Source: Zootoca vivipara
Lineage: Eukaryota
Assembly (NCBI RefSeq): GCF_963506605.1
Contig: NC_083281.1
Coordinates: 24,862,001-24,926,000, forward strand
Direction: 5' to 3'
DNA: 64,000 nt
The notes beneath the pieces were generated by a model. The model did not search any database and was not told where the DNA came from. It saw only the letters and a program-made list of their open reading frames with translations. Positions 35,026 to 48,398 of the stretch are shown here, piece by piece. Position numbers and translations under genes: made by a program. Positions within the stretch are counted from its first letter, which is position 1, and each line of letters starts with the position of its first letter.

Positions 35026-37753
35026 CAGGCGCGTACCCAGGATGAAAACTGGGGGGGGGGCAAGGCAAGCCATGGTCGTTCAGGGGTGAGGGGGTGCCAG
35101 GATCAGCCCAAAATCGGGCTACTCCTCCCATGGGCGTAGGCAGGGGGGCAGGAGGGGGCAGCTGCCCCCCCCTAGAAGCAAAAAAATTAATGTATTTTAC
35201 AGACCATAACCAGCACTTTTCCCCTCCAAAAACTGAAGTGGAAAGGGCTTTGCTTTAGCAAGAGCAGCTAAGTCTCTGCTTGCTGGTGGGGGTGGGGACA
35301 CAGCAGTAACAAAAACACATCAAAGAAATAAAGCAAAGTGGCTACCAGTAGTTAAGCAGTTAAGACAATGGAGCATATATCCCCAGGCAAGATTCGATAG
35401 CTGACCATTTCACCCTATTGTTCTTAAGTGGGAGTTGTTAATGAGCATTCAGGAGCATTAAGAGTTCTATTGGCGATTTAATGAGGGTGCAGACTCAGAG
35501 GATTCAATTTGACTAAGGTGGCTCTGCAAGGCTAAAAAGAAGTGAATAAGAAAGGGGGGAGGCTGGAACTTTGATAGACACAGTGATGTTTATAAAAAGC
35601 ATTGGTGTTCCAGTCTGCCCCTCCTCCTGCATCTGTATACTGTAAATCAGGGGTGACCATCTCCCAAGAGACTCTGATCTACTCAGAGTTTAAAACTGGG
35701 GATGATCTACCCCCTTTTGGGGGGTTCAGGTCAAAGCTGTTGAGTTTTTTTTAAAGGAAGAGAAGCTTCTTTTAGGAGGGAGGGAGGCCCATTTTTGTTT
35801 AGGGCTTCAGGTCATAGTTCAACTTTTTTTAGGGAGGAGGAAAATTTTGGGTGAACTTTTTTTAGGGGTGCCAGTGACCTACCAGTGATCTACCACAGAC
35901 ATCCAGTGATCTACTGGTAGATCACAATCTACCTGTTGGACGTGCCTGTTGTAAATCAAGCAGAGAGAAAGCTGCTTACAAGGCTCCTGTACATGCAGAG
36001 TTCCAGCGTCACCCAGAGGCACCCACAAATATGAGTTATCCCTCTCTCTATTTCTTCCTTCCTTCCCTCCCTCTTCCATCCTTAATAAAATACGGGGGGC
36101 AGATAAGCCCCACATAGAAAGCCCATCAACATGGGGGGATGACTCTTTCAAATATGGTATTTACCAGTAATTGGGGGGGGGGGGGAGAGAGGCACCTAGG
36201 CCTCTAGGAGTTGGCTGCTATGCCTAGGAGTAGGACAATTCAAGAAAGCAGAACGATGCATATGGTATGGTAATATATCAATAGAATCGTAGAATTGTAG
36301 TCGGAAGGGACCACAAGGGTCATCTAGTCCAACCCGCTGCAATGCAGGATTTTTTCCTAAGGTGGGGCTTGAACCATGGTTGAAATATTATGCTGATATG
36401 CAGCAACGGCTCAGAGCCGTCGTGGCTGCGGCCATGCCTTGCCCCGCCCTCGCCCGCCCTTCCACCCCCTCTCGCCTGCCCGACCCTCCTGTCCTCTTGC
36501 TGCAGAGTTCCAGCATCACAGCGTCATCCAGAGACACCCACAAATATGAGTTATCTCTCTCTCTATTTCTTCCTTCCTTCCCTCCCTCTTCCATCCTTAA
36601 TAAAATACGGGGGGCAGATAAGCCCCACATAGAAAGCCCATCAACATGGGGGGATGACTCTTTCAAATACGGTATTCACCAGTAATTGGGGGGGGGCACC
36701 TAGGCCTCTAGGAGTGGGATGCTATTCCTAGGAGTAGGACAATTCAAGAAAGCAGAATGATGCATATGCTATGGTAATATATCAATAGAATCATAGAATT
36801 GTAGTCGGAAGGGACCACAAGGGTCATCTAGTCCAACCCCCTGCAATGCAGGTTTTTTTCCTAAGGTGGGGCTTGAACCATCGTTGAAATATTATGCTGA
36901 TATGCAGCAACGCCTCGGAGCCGTCGTGGCTGCGTCCGTGTCTTGCCTCGCCCGCCCTGCCACCCCCTCTCGCCTGCCCGACCCTCCCGTCCTCTCCAGC
37001 CAAGCAGGGTAGCCGCCAACGCTACCAGCCCCAGAAGCACAACGTGGCCGCTGCTGCCGCCACCACAATATCATCAGGCCCGCTGGCCCTTTAGCCCCGC
37101 CCACTTCGTGGCCCCTCCCCTTCCATGCCTTGGCCCCACCCCCGAACGACCATGGCTTGCCCCCCCTAGTTTTGATCCTGGCTACGCCCCTGACTCCTCC
37201 TCCTCCACGACCGGCAGGTGCGAGGGGGCGCCAGGATCACCCCGAAATCGGGCTGCTCCGACCCCCTCCTCCCCCTCCGCAATCGGCAGGGGCGAAGGGG
37301 CGCCAGGATCAGCCCCAAATCGGGCTGTTCCGATCCCCTCCTCCCCCTCCGCGATCGCCGGGACGGGTGGAGGGAAAGCCAGCCAAGCGTTTGGCTGGCT
37401 TTCCCTCCACCCGCCCCACAGCCAGCAAGGGAGAAGGGAGACGTCCCTTCTAGCCAGCTGGCTGTGGGGCAGGTGGAGGGAAAGCCCCAGAGCCTAGCAA
37501 AGCATTTGGCTGGCTTTCCCTCCACCTGCCCCACAGCCAGCGAGAAGGGAGACGTCCTCTAGCCAGCTGGCTGTGGGGCGGGTGGAGGGAAAGCCAGCCA
37601 AACGCTTTGCGCGGCTCTGGGGCTTTCCCTCCACCCGCCCCACAGCCAGCCAGGGAGAAGGGAGACGGCATTGGGGGGGGGGCCGGGCAGCGGGGCAGGC
37701 TGGCCAGTGGCCCTGCTTCTAGGGGGGGCAACTGCCCCCTGCCTACGCCCATG
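35026..37753. mobile_element. Nested hAT elements: outer GC-rich MITE containing the cargo element (35129-37192) in opposite orientation
   Basis: Outer TSD CCCTGAAA/CCCTGAAT (empty site at ~7298 in copy A); inner perfect TSD ACTCCTCC (35121-35128, 37193-37200). Confidence 0.85.
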
Positions 37754-39404
37754 CCCTGAATGGAAGATGGTGGGGAGGGGGGGGAGAGAAACGACCCAAC
37801 TTCGGGGCAACTTTCCATCCGGATCCTGCTCTGCGCTTCACACACACACACACCCTATTTGTTTCGAAAGATTTTTACCCCCTCACTTTCCTCATGCAAC
37901 TCCCCCCCTTTCCTCTCTCAGCAACACAAAATCCCAGGTGATTTCCAGACAGGAGTGTGAAGAAAAATCTTTTACCCCAAAAAGACTTTTTTGGGGGGGG
38001 AGAGAGAGAGAGAGAGAGAGAATGGAAAAAATAATAAAGCTTTGCTGAGGGGTCAAGAGGCGAGGAATTTGTGTCTGGTCAGGTTGGGGAGAAGGACGGG
38101 GGAGGCTGTCCCCAATAAGAGAAGAGAAACCATTTTGTTGGAAAGCTGATAATGTGCAGCTTGGGGGAGGGGGGAAGTGGGTGGGGAATTTAGGCACATA
38201 AGGCATATCTGGTTATTAATTACTTAAATCAGTGGTTTTCAACCAATGTGCCATGGCACCTGGGGTGGCTTGAATGATGGTCAGAGGTGCCATGGGAAAC
38301 ACTGGCCTCTGTCCCTCTTTCCTTCACTCCTTCCTTAGATGCCCTCTCGCATCTCTGGCCCCCAAAGGCTTTTGCAGCTGTTTGTTGCAGCAGCCCTGGC
38401 TATAAGCTCCCCAGGCAAATGGTGCCTCTGGGGCTGGCGGGGGGACGGGACTGGTTTCCAGGAGCTGAAGCAGGGCCTCAGAGTAAGCAAATGGGCAAGG
38501 GAGTCCAGCCAGCCAGACCACCAGCCCTTGCTGTTGGGAATGGACACACAATTCCCAGGCCCCTGTGGGGCAATGTGAGGAGGAACCTCTCTTGAGGGCA
38601 GGGGGGGTGGCAGCTCAGAGACCAGGGGAGGGAGCAGTGGCTGCCCAGAGGACTCTCAATGAGAGGGGAGAAGAGAGGAGGCTGAGGGAATACTTCACAT
38701 GGGGGTGAAAAAGGGTGAGAGGCTGCCAGCTCTGCAGGCAAGGGGTGACATAACTGGGCTCCTGAGCCCCACAGGGGTGCTGCAGAAAGAAGGTACTTGG
38801 TCAAAGGAGCTGTGGACTCAAAAAGGTTGAAAACAAACCTCTGACTTAAATGACCAGCAGGAGCAGAATTTACATACATTCTTAAAGCACACTTAAATAA
38901 AACTGCCTCAACCCCTCCTTCTCTTTGACCAGACCCTCCTCTTCTGCACCTTCAGGCTGGGGTCGCCTCCACTGCGCCTCTCAGCTGTTGAGCGGCTTCA
39001 GGCCGCTCTCCGGCCGCTCTTCGGAAGCCACTCAACAGCTGAGAGGCACAGTGGAGGTGGCCCCAGGCAGCACCGGGGGGTGGTGGGCGGTGGGCAGGCT
39101 GGCCAGCGCCCCCTCCATTTTGGCGCCCTAGGCAGCTGCCTCGTTCGCCTTAATGGGCGTGCCGGCCCTGGTCCCATGACCTTTGGGCACTTTAGCCTTG
39201 CACTCACTTCTGAATTACAGAATCTGATGGGATTCATACCTTCTACCTATAAAGCATTGTTGCTTGGCAAATGATAACAATATTGCCGATGCTGGAAATT
39301 TTACAGAGGGCATGCCACTCTCGTTAAATAAATGAATGCTTCTAGTTAGGCCGGTCGCTTAACATTTTCCTGCTTCCTTTTTCTGCAGTGCACCGAGATC
39401 CACA

Positions 39405-40562
39405 ATGGTTGAAGACTTTGAGGTAGCCGTTTCTCAGGGCCAATTGGCAGATGCTGTGTCGCACGTGCTGGCAAAACCACTGCACTTTTTCAACAGCACT
39501 CCACTCAACGTTGCCGTAGTAGGAGAGCCCGGCTCCGGGAAGTCCTCCTTCATCAATGCCATGTTGGGTCTTCATGCTGATGACCCGCGTGCCGCTGCAA
39601 CCGGCATACAGATGACAACATTGCAAGTCAAGGATTACCCACACCCGACACTTCCACAAGTGATCCTTTGGGACCACCCCGGAAAGGGAACGCCAACTTT
39701 TGGGAAGGACAAATTTGAGAAGAAGGTTGATTTAAATCACTTTGATTTCTTCGTTATCGTCGGCTCCCAGCGCTTCCGTGCCACCCATTCTGACCTGGTC
39801 CATGAGATCCAAGATATGGCCAAGAATTTCTACTTTGTGCGCACCAAAGCAGACCTGGACCTGTCGGCCGCCAAGAGGCAACAGCCATCCAACTACAATG
39901 AAGAGAAGGTCCTCTTGCACATCCAGGAGGACTGCAAAGAGTGCTTAGTAAGAGAAGGAGTGAGGGACCCACAAGTCTTCATCGTCTCCAACTGGGAAGC
40001 CGACCGCTTTGATTTCCCCCTCCTGCAGGAAACGCTGAAGAACGATCTCTTGCGGCTGAAGAGGCAAGCCTTTCTGCACCGCTTCCCTAGCATCTGTCTG
40101 CCTATCTTAGAGAAAAAGAAAGCCTCTGTGAAGGAAAAGATTTGGACCAGCAGGCTTTGTTTGCTGGTCGCTCTTGGAAGCCCAGTTCCTTTCCTTCTTC
40201 CCATATTTCTGTTTAGTAAGTTCCGCTCCTGGTGCTTCCTAGACTTTGGCCTGAACGATCGATCCCTTGCAGCTCTGGCCCAGCGTGTTGGAAAGACAAG
40301 CACAGCCCTTAAAGCAGCAATGCAGTCCCTGGGAATATTCTCTGCCATTTTATGGGTGCTGCCAGACTTGGTGGGACTCTCAGTGATGGCTTATGAATAT
40401 CACCGCTGGGAGCATTTCCCCATCTTTGGCTGCCTTCTGTCCGGAGGGATTTCACTTCTTCGCACCTACTTCATGCTGCAGAAATGCATATCGGGTGCTG
40501 CGGATGACACCCAGAGGGTTCTGTCCAAAGCTCTTGAGGCAGAAGGGAAAAAGTCCATTTAG
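39405..40562 (+). CDS. Divergent IRG GTPase, 385 aa, copy B (paralog of 10764-11921)
   Basis: Same length and motifs; about 11 aa differences from copy A by manual comparison; same acceptor context. Confidence 0.92.
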   Translation: MVEDFEVAVSQGQLADAVSHVLAKPLHFFNSTPLNVAVVGEPGSGKSSFINAMLGLHADDPRAAATGIQMTTLQVKDYPHPTLPQVILWDHPGKGTPTFGKDKFEKKVDLNHFDFFVIVGSQRFRATHSDLVHEIQDMAKNFYFVRTKADLDLSAAKRQQPSNYNEEKVLLHIQEDCKECLVREGVRDPQVFIVSNWEADRFDFPLLQETLKNDLLRLKRQAFLHRFPSICLPILEKKKASVKEKIWTSRLCLLVALGSPVPFLLPIFLFSKFRSWCFLDFGLNDRSLAALAQRVGKTSTALKAAMQSLGIFSAILWVLPDLVGLSVMAYEYHRWEHFPIFGCLLSGGISLLRTYFMLQKCISGAADDTQRVLSKALEAEGKKSI

Positions 40563-41054
40563 CAGCAAACAGCTGCACAGGGGTAGCAGTTTGCGCAAGC
40601 TTCTGTGGACTCTCAAGTCATGTCTTGCAAACCTAGGATATTATGACTAAGTGCTTGATAGAGCATCTGGAGAATTATACAGGTTTCCATTTTTAAAACA
40701 ACCACACCAAAAGACATTTTAAAAAATAATGATCAGATGATCAGGTTTTTTATTTTAAAAATTCAATAAATATTAGGATTCTCAAAAACCCTAAGTGAAA
40801 TAATCCGAATGCCAGCATAATACCCCTTCAGTTCCTTTTTAAAAATTAGTATCTCTACGTACAGTAATGTATAAGAATTAAGACCAATACCAAAAGGAGA
40901 CTTTGGGACAAATGGACTTTTTACTAGTCATAATTCTTTCAGTCCACTAATGAATTGTTCTGTATCTGATGTCAGACTAGAAAAAACTAGCGACGTATTT
41001 GAACCTGCTTGCAAGGATGGTCTCAAATTATCATTTATGCAGGCTGCAGCATTC

Positions 41055-41060
<6 letters not shown>

Positions 41061-41094
<34 letters not shown>

Positions 41095-41097
41095 CGC
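41061..41097. repeat. (TG)n(CG)n alternating purine-pyrimidine tract
   Basis: Directly visible; longer than the copy A counterpart at ~12830. Confidence 0.9.
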
Positions 41098-44083
41098 TGC
41101 CTTTGCTTTTTTCTTTAGGGACAAGAGTTAGCTCTATATCACAAGTACCATGCAACATCTATTTCAGAATTTTCTTTCCCTCATACACACTCAAACTGAA
41201 GGAGGGCATCCAGATAGACAGGAGCCTCCACATTTGTTAAATAGAAAGTCGAGGTAATTTTAATCTCTTTTAGTATTTTAACTCTTGCTTATCTTAAAGC
41301 ACGGCTGTAATTGTTTCCTGGTTTTATTGTTTTATCTCTTTGCAAACCACTTTGAGGTTTTATTAGAATTTAGTGTACAGTATAAGGTTTCATGAAATAA
41401 ACTAATTGGTTAAATGAATCTCCTTGCCACTGCCACTGTTATAATCAACGCAGCTTCCACATGGTCACTCTAAATATTTAAGAAATATCCAGAAAATCCG
41501 GGTGTATGCCAGCCCATGACGATAGCGTAGCTTTTTTTTTGTGTGAGAAAAAACCATACATTTTTGTGTCTGGATTTTCTCCTTTTGAAATATGGCCACC
41601 CTAACTAATCAGCTTTCAGTTTTCCATAAGAAATATTGTGAATTGTCTGGACCCCCCTCCAGGCTGGTGTCTTTTGTGGGTGTTGACACAATAATAATGC
41701 ATGAGTGGGAGAGTTATACTGGGCCATCCACATACCATTCCACTCTTTATTAAGAGTTTTGCAACACTTCCCCAAGGTCACTCAGTTATTATTGCCATCT
41801 GGAAGGTCACTCTTGCTCTGTAATGGGACAAAAGTGAGCAACACACACACCCATGCGTGTTACGAAAAAGCTGCAGGGCTTTATGAGAAAGGTATGGAGC
41901 CCATGCCTATTGCAAACGAAGCAGTATGACCATCCCAAAACATTTGCAGATGCCCCAATATGAGCTCAGATGTGAATGCTCAATAAAAAGGACATCTGGA
42001 AGATCCTACAGCCTTCCTCAAACTGATGCCTTCCAGGTGTTTTCTACTTCATTCCCCATCATTCCTGGCCATTGGCCATGCTAGCTAGAACTGATGGGTG
42101 TTGTAGTCCAAAATTTCTGAAGCATAACTTGCTTTGGGAAGGCTGAGGTGAAATACTAGTATACAATGGGATTAGGCCAGAACTAAACCACCCCACCCAC
42201 AATTTACCCCTCTATTTGTGGTTGACAATGGTGGATGCCAACCGTTTGTTTCATTGTGGTGGGTCAAAACGATGCAACCTGTTTTGGGAGGGAATGACAT
42301 TTCAAGTGGCATTCATTTAGGTCTGTATAGATCAGGCCCGTAGATCAATGTTAGCGCTACCCCCAGCATGATGAATTTGGAAGGACAGGCTGATTGGGCA
42401 AGGAGATTCACAAAGCCACCCAACTTCTGTTTTATCTTCAGGAAGGCTTGCTCAATGTTCTGTCACCGGGAGTTGCCATTTTCCTGGCCTAGTCTAACAG
42501 GACCAGCTCTACTATTAGCCAGTGTGAAGCAGCTGCCTCAGATAGCAGACGCTGAGGGTGTGCATATTGGGGGAAGTTCAGTGGTGGCGGCTATTCCTGA
42601 CCGTTTCTCCGCTAGCCACTCTCCTCTTTTAAGATGCCATGAGACCCTTGGCATACCCTCCAACATTTCTCCGGTGAAAATAGGGACGTCCCATTCCATA
42701 ATGATAATTTTACTATTTATAACCCTACACATTTTACTGGGTTGTCCCAGCCACTCTGGGCAGCTACCAATAAATATAAAAACATAATAAAACATTGAAC
42801 ATTTTAAAATACCGTAACTTCCCTATACAAGATTGTGTTCATACGGCTCAGGGGTCAGATAACTCCATACCCTCCAACATTTCTCCAATGAAAATAGGGA
42901 CATCCTAAGGAAAAGCAGGACATTCCAGGATCAAATCAGAAACCAGGGCAGGAAAATAGAGGCACTTGCTGTTTTTGCTTCAACAAACCAATATGGCTAC
43001 CCCTTTGGAAGCAGCCTGCCTGAGTCCCCTAAGGCCATTTCCCTCATGTGAGGAGAGGACAGGGCTCCACTGCCAGTGTTCTAAAGTCATTCAATGGCTG
43101 ATCCACTTCCTTTTTGTCCATGGAATGGCGTGAGGGGCAGCAGCCATCTTGTCCTTCACCTCAGGCAACAAAACCTCTTGTGTCATTGTGAATGTGGTGG
43201 GGGCAGGAGGCTGACCCGGGAGAGGGAGCCACTGATTTATGGGGCTGGGAGCCACCCGACAGGCAGCAGCCAGACCAGGAGGAGGAGGAAGAAGAAGAGT
43301 TAGGGCAGGATGAGGTGGAGGAAGAAGAAACTGTTCAGGCAAGGGATGGGCCAGTTGACTCCCCACCTTCCCCTGCTCCGCCATCTCCTAGAACCAGGGG
43401 GGGCTTGAAGAGAAATGAGCAGCAGTGGCTTCCGTACAGAAGACGTTGCCCTGTGGGAGCTGCTGTAGGTGTTTCTCTTGCCAATAAAGTGTCAACTACC
43501 AGCCATGCATCTCCCTGACTGTTATGTTTCAGTGTGTTTTACTCAAAGAAGCAAAACCACACATGCAAAATCCAAGCTCACAAGATCCCTTGTAGCCCAA
43601 ATTGTCTGTAGGCAGTGGTGAACGAAGCCGCTCCGGCACTCGGAGTGGCAAACATAACACACCCCAGTGGCGGGGCGTCGCCACGTAGCGACGCTGCGCA
43701 TGCGCGCTACTAGCAGGTTGCCGGCAGCTCTGGACCGCCCCTCGCTTCCGCCCGCAGCCCAAGTGGGATGGGGGCAAAGCGTGCGCTGAGCGGCTTGCTC
43801 ACCCACCCGCTTGGCACTTTGCCTCAGTCCCGCTTGGGCTGCGTGCGGAGGGGAGGGGTGGGCCAGGGACGGGCACGCCGAGTGTCACCCCCCTCCAGGG
43901 TGGCACCCGTGGTGGCGCGCTCCCATCGCACCCCCCCTTCTAAGCCCCTGTCTGTAGGCTCTACTATCCTCAGACTGAATGAAGAAGCAAGACTCATGTT
44001 TTAAAGAATGCCATAACAAAAAGTTCAAAATGGCTGCAAGTCCTTAACTTTATGAATCTTGATCTTTTAACTATGTTTTAAAT

Positions 44084-44218
44084 CAGGCATCCTGAAACTT
44101 CAGCCCTCCAGATGTTTTGGACTACAATTCCCATCATCCCTGACCATTGGTCCTCCTAGCTAGGGATCATGGGAGTTGTAGGCCGAAACATCTGGAGGCT
44201 GCAGTTTGGGGGTGCCTG
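44084..44218. mobile_element. Palindromic ~135-bp hAT (URR1/Charlie-like) MITE, copy B only
   Basis: Long inverted repeat; TSD TTTTAAAT/TTTTAAAA; absent from copy A near 21435. Confidence 0.85.
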
Positions 44219-44591
44219 TTTTAAAACAATTTCTAGCCCCTGTGGAAACATGTTGGTGCAGGCAACTCTCCCTGGCCATCTAACCCAGAATGTCTCACTT
44301 TGAGAGATGATCCTCTTCCGCAAAGCGAGTGTCTTCAGCTGCATTAGTGTCAGCAAAGCATTTTCGAAGTAAAAGGGGGAGAGGAGAGCAGGCAGTGTGA
44401 CAGTTTTGCTTTGTTCAGAGGGGAAATGTAAGCTTGATTTCTACAAAGCAGAAATCCAGTTTCTCATCTCAGATCCCCTTACGTTGAAATTTGCCCCCCT
44501 ACATATCAACACAGAAAATTCAGTGTTCAAGAATGAGTCTTCAGGCACATAGCAAATGCATTTCCTTTACTTGGTGGAACTTAATTGAACA

Positions 44592-45173
44592 CAAGGGCGT
44601 ACCCACCATGGGGCAAGTTAGGGCAGCTGCCCTACTCTAGAAGCAGGGCTGGTGGGCAGAGGCGGAGCACAGCCCGGCGGAGCGCGAGTTCGCCATTCCC
44701 GCCGCGCCGCGCCGCACCCTCCCTCCAGCTCCCCGGCGCGCCCTCAGGCAAGGCCAAGCGCGGCGGGGAACCAGGGAGCGCGGCGCGGTGGGCGGGAACG
44801 CCGAACTCGTGCTCCGCTGGGCTGGGCTCCGCCTCCGCCCACCAGCCCTGCTGTTAGGGAGGGGCACAGCCCGGCGGAGCACGAGTTCGCCGTTCCCGCC
44901 CGCCGCGCTGCGCCCTCCCTCCAGCTCCCCGTCGCGCCCTCTGGCAAGGCCAAGCGCGGCGGGGAACCAGAGAGCGCGGCGCGGCGGGCGGGAACGCTGA
45001 ACTCGCGCTCCGCTGGGCTGGGCTCCGCCTCCGCCCACCAGCCCTGCTTCTAGGGAGGGGCACAGCCCGGCGGAGCGCGAGTTCGCCGTTCCCGCCCACT
45101 TTGTGGCCCCTCCCCTTCCGTGCCTTGGCCCCTCCCCTTGCCCCCCCTAGTTTTGATCCTGGGTATGCCCATG
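44592..45173. mobile_element. GC-rich hAT MITE with internal direct and inverted repeats, copy B only
   Basis: 8-bp TSD ATTGAACA (44584-44591, 45174-45181); empty site near 21799 in copy A. Confidence 0.85.
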
Positions 45174-46123
45174 ATTGAACACTACAGAAAATAAGATAAA
45201 TGAGGTTAATAACATAAACACAGTATAATATGTTAGCAGTACAAATCTGAAATATTGTTAAGGCTGGGAAACCTTGACTAAACCTTAAGCAAATCATAAT
45301 TGCCTGAATCAGCAAGGCTAGAATTGGGCAGGAAGCAAAATATTACATAGGCCAAATGAGAGAGAGAGATGCTCCAAGGAAGGGATATTTATTCCCAAAT
45401 TCTCCTTTGAAGGAGGTGGTTTTTCCCCCTACGCTTTCTGAATTATTGAAGAAAAGCAAGACTGCATTCCACAAAATCTGCAACTTTATTATTATTATTA
45501 TTATTAATTGAATTTATATACCGCCATATACCCAGAGGTCTCAGGGCAGTTCACAGAAAACTTCATGAAAGAAAAAAACTATATGCCCAAAACACCTACA
45601 CTTCAACTTCTACATTAATTTCGATTATTGCCTACTATCATCTAATGAAATAATTATAGCAACATCTAATAAAACTACATCAAAATCAAACAATTCTCTT
45701 TTTTAAAGGCATACCTGGGTAGAAGTTACATAGAGAGGTTTCGATAGGATGTTACATCAATATGACAAATGTGTCTAGTTTTACATATGAGTATATTTTA
45801 AAAGTATCAGTTAAAAATAGCATTCATTGTGGACACGACATGTTTAATGAATCTCTAAGGGTGGGATGACCAATTCAATTCATAAGAGCAGTGGTGTACC
45901 TGCCTGGCACGCTTGTCTCCAAAGGACTTTACAAAATTGAAAGTTGCTTTTTATTTCTACTTTTAAAAGCTTGATTGTGTTGTATTGCCGTAGGCATATC
46001 AGCTATAAGAACTGGCCAAAATGGGTATGAAAAAGGGTGCCAAAGTGGGAACATTTTTGTCATCAGAGCAGCAGCAGTTCCTACTTCACCTTGAGTTGCA
46101 TCATGTCTACCTGGGTGCTCTGC

Positions 46124-47356
46124 CTAGTGCTCTGGTTCTAGGGCTTTCTTTCGAACCCTTTCAGCATCCTCAGCTAGATTATTGATGAAGCTCAACAGCA
46201 TCCAATAAGTGCTGGTAAAAGACACCCCTGCTGCTACCAAGCTTCTAACTAGTTAATGCGGGATTAATGTTCTTGCAGAATCGGTTATTTTCTTTATAAT
46301 GAGATCCCTGGTAATTTCTTCCATCCGAGGAGACTTCATCACGGCCTTCAATTTCTCAACAGGCTTCCTGGCCAATTTGGCCCGCCTAGCCAGGGAGTCA
46401 TCATCCAGCTCAAATCTCTTGCAGAAGGCAACCATGGACCCAAGCAAGAGGGCAACATCACAAGCCACAGGAAGGGCTGGAATGGGAATAGCATTGATGC
46501 CAGCAGACGCCAGGGATATTTTCCATATGTGGCTCTTCAGCACAGATTTCTTCTTTTCCGTGACTTCAGGGGAAAACATGGGAAGGCTGAGCGGGAATGC
46601 ATGTCTCTTTAGGCTGGGCAGATCTTTCTCCAACGTCTCCACCAGTCGGGGGAAGTCATACTTGGCAAGGTCCCAGGAGGAGATCAGAAAGACTTGAGGG
46701 ATGGTGCTCCTGAAGCACTTCTTAAGCTGCTTCTTTAAGTCATTCCTCATCTTCTCAAGGACTTCCTCTTCATTGAAGGTATTTGGGTAAGTCCTTTCCA
46801 TGTTGTCTAGATCTGCATCTACTTTGGAGCGCACAAAATAACACTTCTTCTCCATCTCCTGGATTGCCTGAGCTAGGTCAGTGTGGTTGGATCGGAATTT
46901 CTCTGAGCCAACAATGATAAAGAAGTCATAGCTGGGGAAATCCACCATCTTAAGGTAACTCTCTGGGGAGAAATCTGGGGATCCAATTCCTGGCAGGTTC
47001 CAGAATTTCACTTTGGGGTCGTTAGAATGCGTATAAACCTTTGGATTCAGTGTAGTTTCTGTCACTCCTACAGGGGCAGCACCATCATCTTCTGCCTTCT
47101 TGCCTCGGAGAGCATTGATGAGGGATGATTTCCCAGAGCCCGTCTCTCCAGTGATGGCAATGTCAAGCTCAGTGTTTTCCATCTCCTCCATCTCCTCTTT
47201 CACCTCAGAAGTTGCTTCCTTCATTCCACCATCACTGAAAACCTCCATAAACCTCTCATATATCTTGATTGCTATATCTACGTTCATGTCTGTATTTTTC
47301 AATATAGTCTGGATAATCTCAGTCAACAATGAAAGTTTTTCTGCAAATGAATTTAT
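46124..47356 (-). pseudogene. Disabled or truncated IRG paralog of 22195-23445 (copy B)
   Basis: Start ATG has become ATA (47354-47356), G3 Asp has become Asn (WNLPG), and an in-frame TAA sits at 46253-46255. The ancestral frame continues after it (LVRSLVAAGVSFTSTYWML...KALEPEH*) to 46124. Confidence 0.82.
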
Positions 47357-48398
47357 CCTAGAAGAAAAAGGGAGAGCTCAGACAGGCTTTGTCAATACTA
47401 TTGGCCCTTCTAGCTGGGAAACTCAGTGATGATTTACACTCAGCTCAAATATAAATATTTTCTACTCAGCAAAAAATGTTTGAATTTTTATATTGTGGGT
47501 ATTTCAACAAGGAATTCCTTTTGTGCTCAGTGTTGCTCTTAAATTTACATTCTTCTCAGTGTCCACACAACTGCATCATTATCAAAATGCCATTTTATAT
47601 TTCACCCCCCTTTTAATCCAGACTTTCAATTTCCTTGTTTTTTCTGTTTTTGTTTTTACATATTGAGTTTTGTGTAGAAACTGTAAATTCAGATTAAATG
47701 CCAAGAAAACATTGGAATTTTGATGAGGACATTGTCATGTAGACACTCAAAAACTTCCATGTATAAGTAGAAAGAAGTCCTCTGTAAACTGTGGTGTGGA
47801 AGCTTCCTCCCAGAAGTGGCTCACTCAGTGGGGCTGAGACACAATGCTAGTTTACAGGCACACCTGCTGCTGCTTACCGAGAGGGAGAGGGCAAGGCAGC
47901 AGAGAGGATAGTGTTGCATTCCTGCTCTGGTAGGAGCACTGCATTTGATCGGCTGGTGTGTCTGCACCATGCTGAACTCCCCACCCCTTTGCATCACCTG
48001 GTAAGACACAGGGACACACCGATTGGTAAATGAACAGTGTGGCTACACCCCACAGAATGAAGCACTTCTGCTCTGTTCTGATTTTTCTTAAAAACAAATA
48101 TTTGCTTTGATCCAATCCACTGTGCTCACTTGCGCCCACACTTGAAAGGGTTGCCATAAGGCATATCAGAGCCCAGGATTTCACAAAATACACATATATG
48201 CATACACTTTCATACCTTGCAACTACCATTACACCTAGAGTTCTGCAGCAGTGGCTCAACTGCCAGGACCCCTGGGAAATGCCATTCCCCAGACTCCTAA
48301 TTCTTGTATTTGTCAGGGACCCTGATGCTCAACCCATTGCTGCTGTTGCATTTTTGACATCATGGGAAGCCTACTGCGGACTCTCCCTATTGCCTATA

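Noticed and set aside
36943-37851. Pro/Arg/Gly-rich ORFs of 100-184 aa (also at 28.2-28.7 and 44.6-45.3 kb)
   Set aside because: Lie inside GC-rich MITE interiors where stop codons are rare.
39405-40562. Positive selection between the two 385-aa copies
   Set aside because: Manual comparison gives roughly as many synonymous changes as amino-acid changes, which does not indicate dN/dS above 1.
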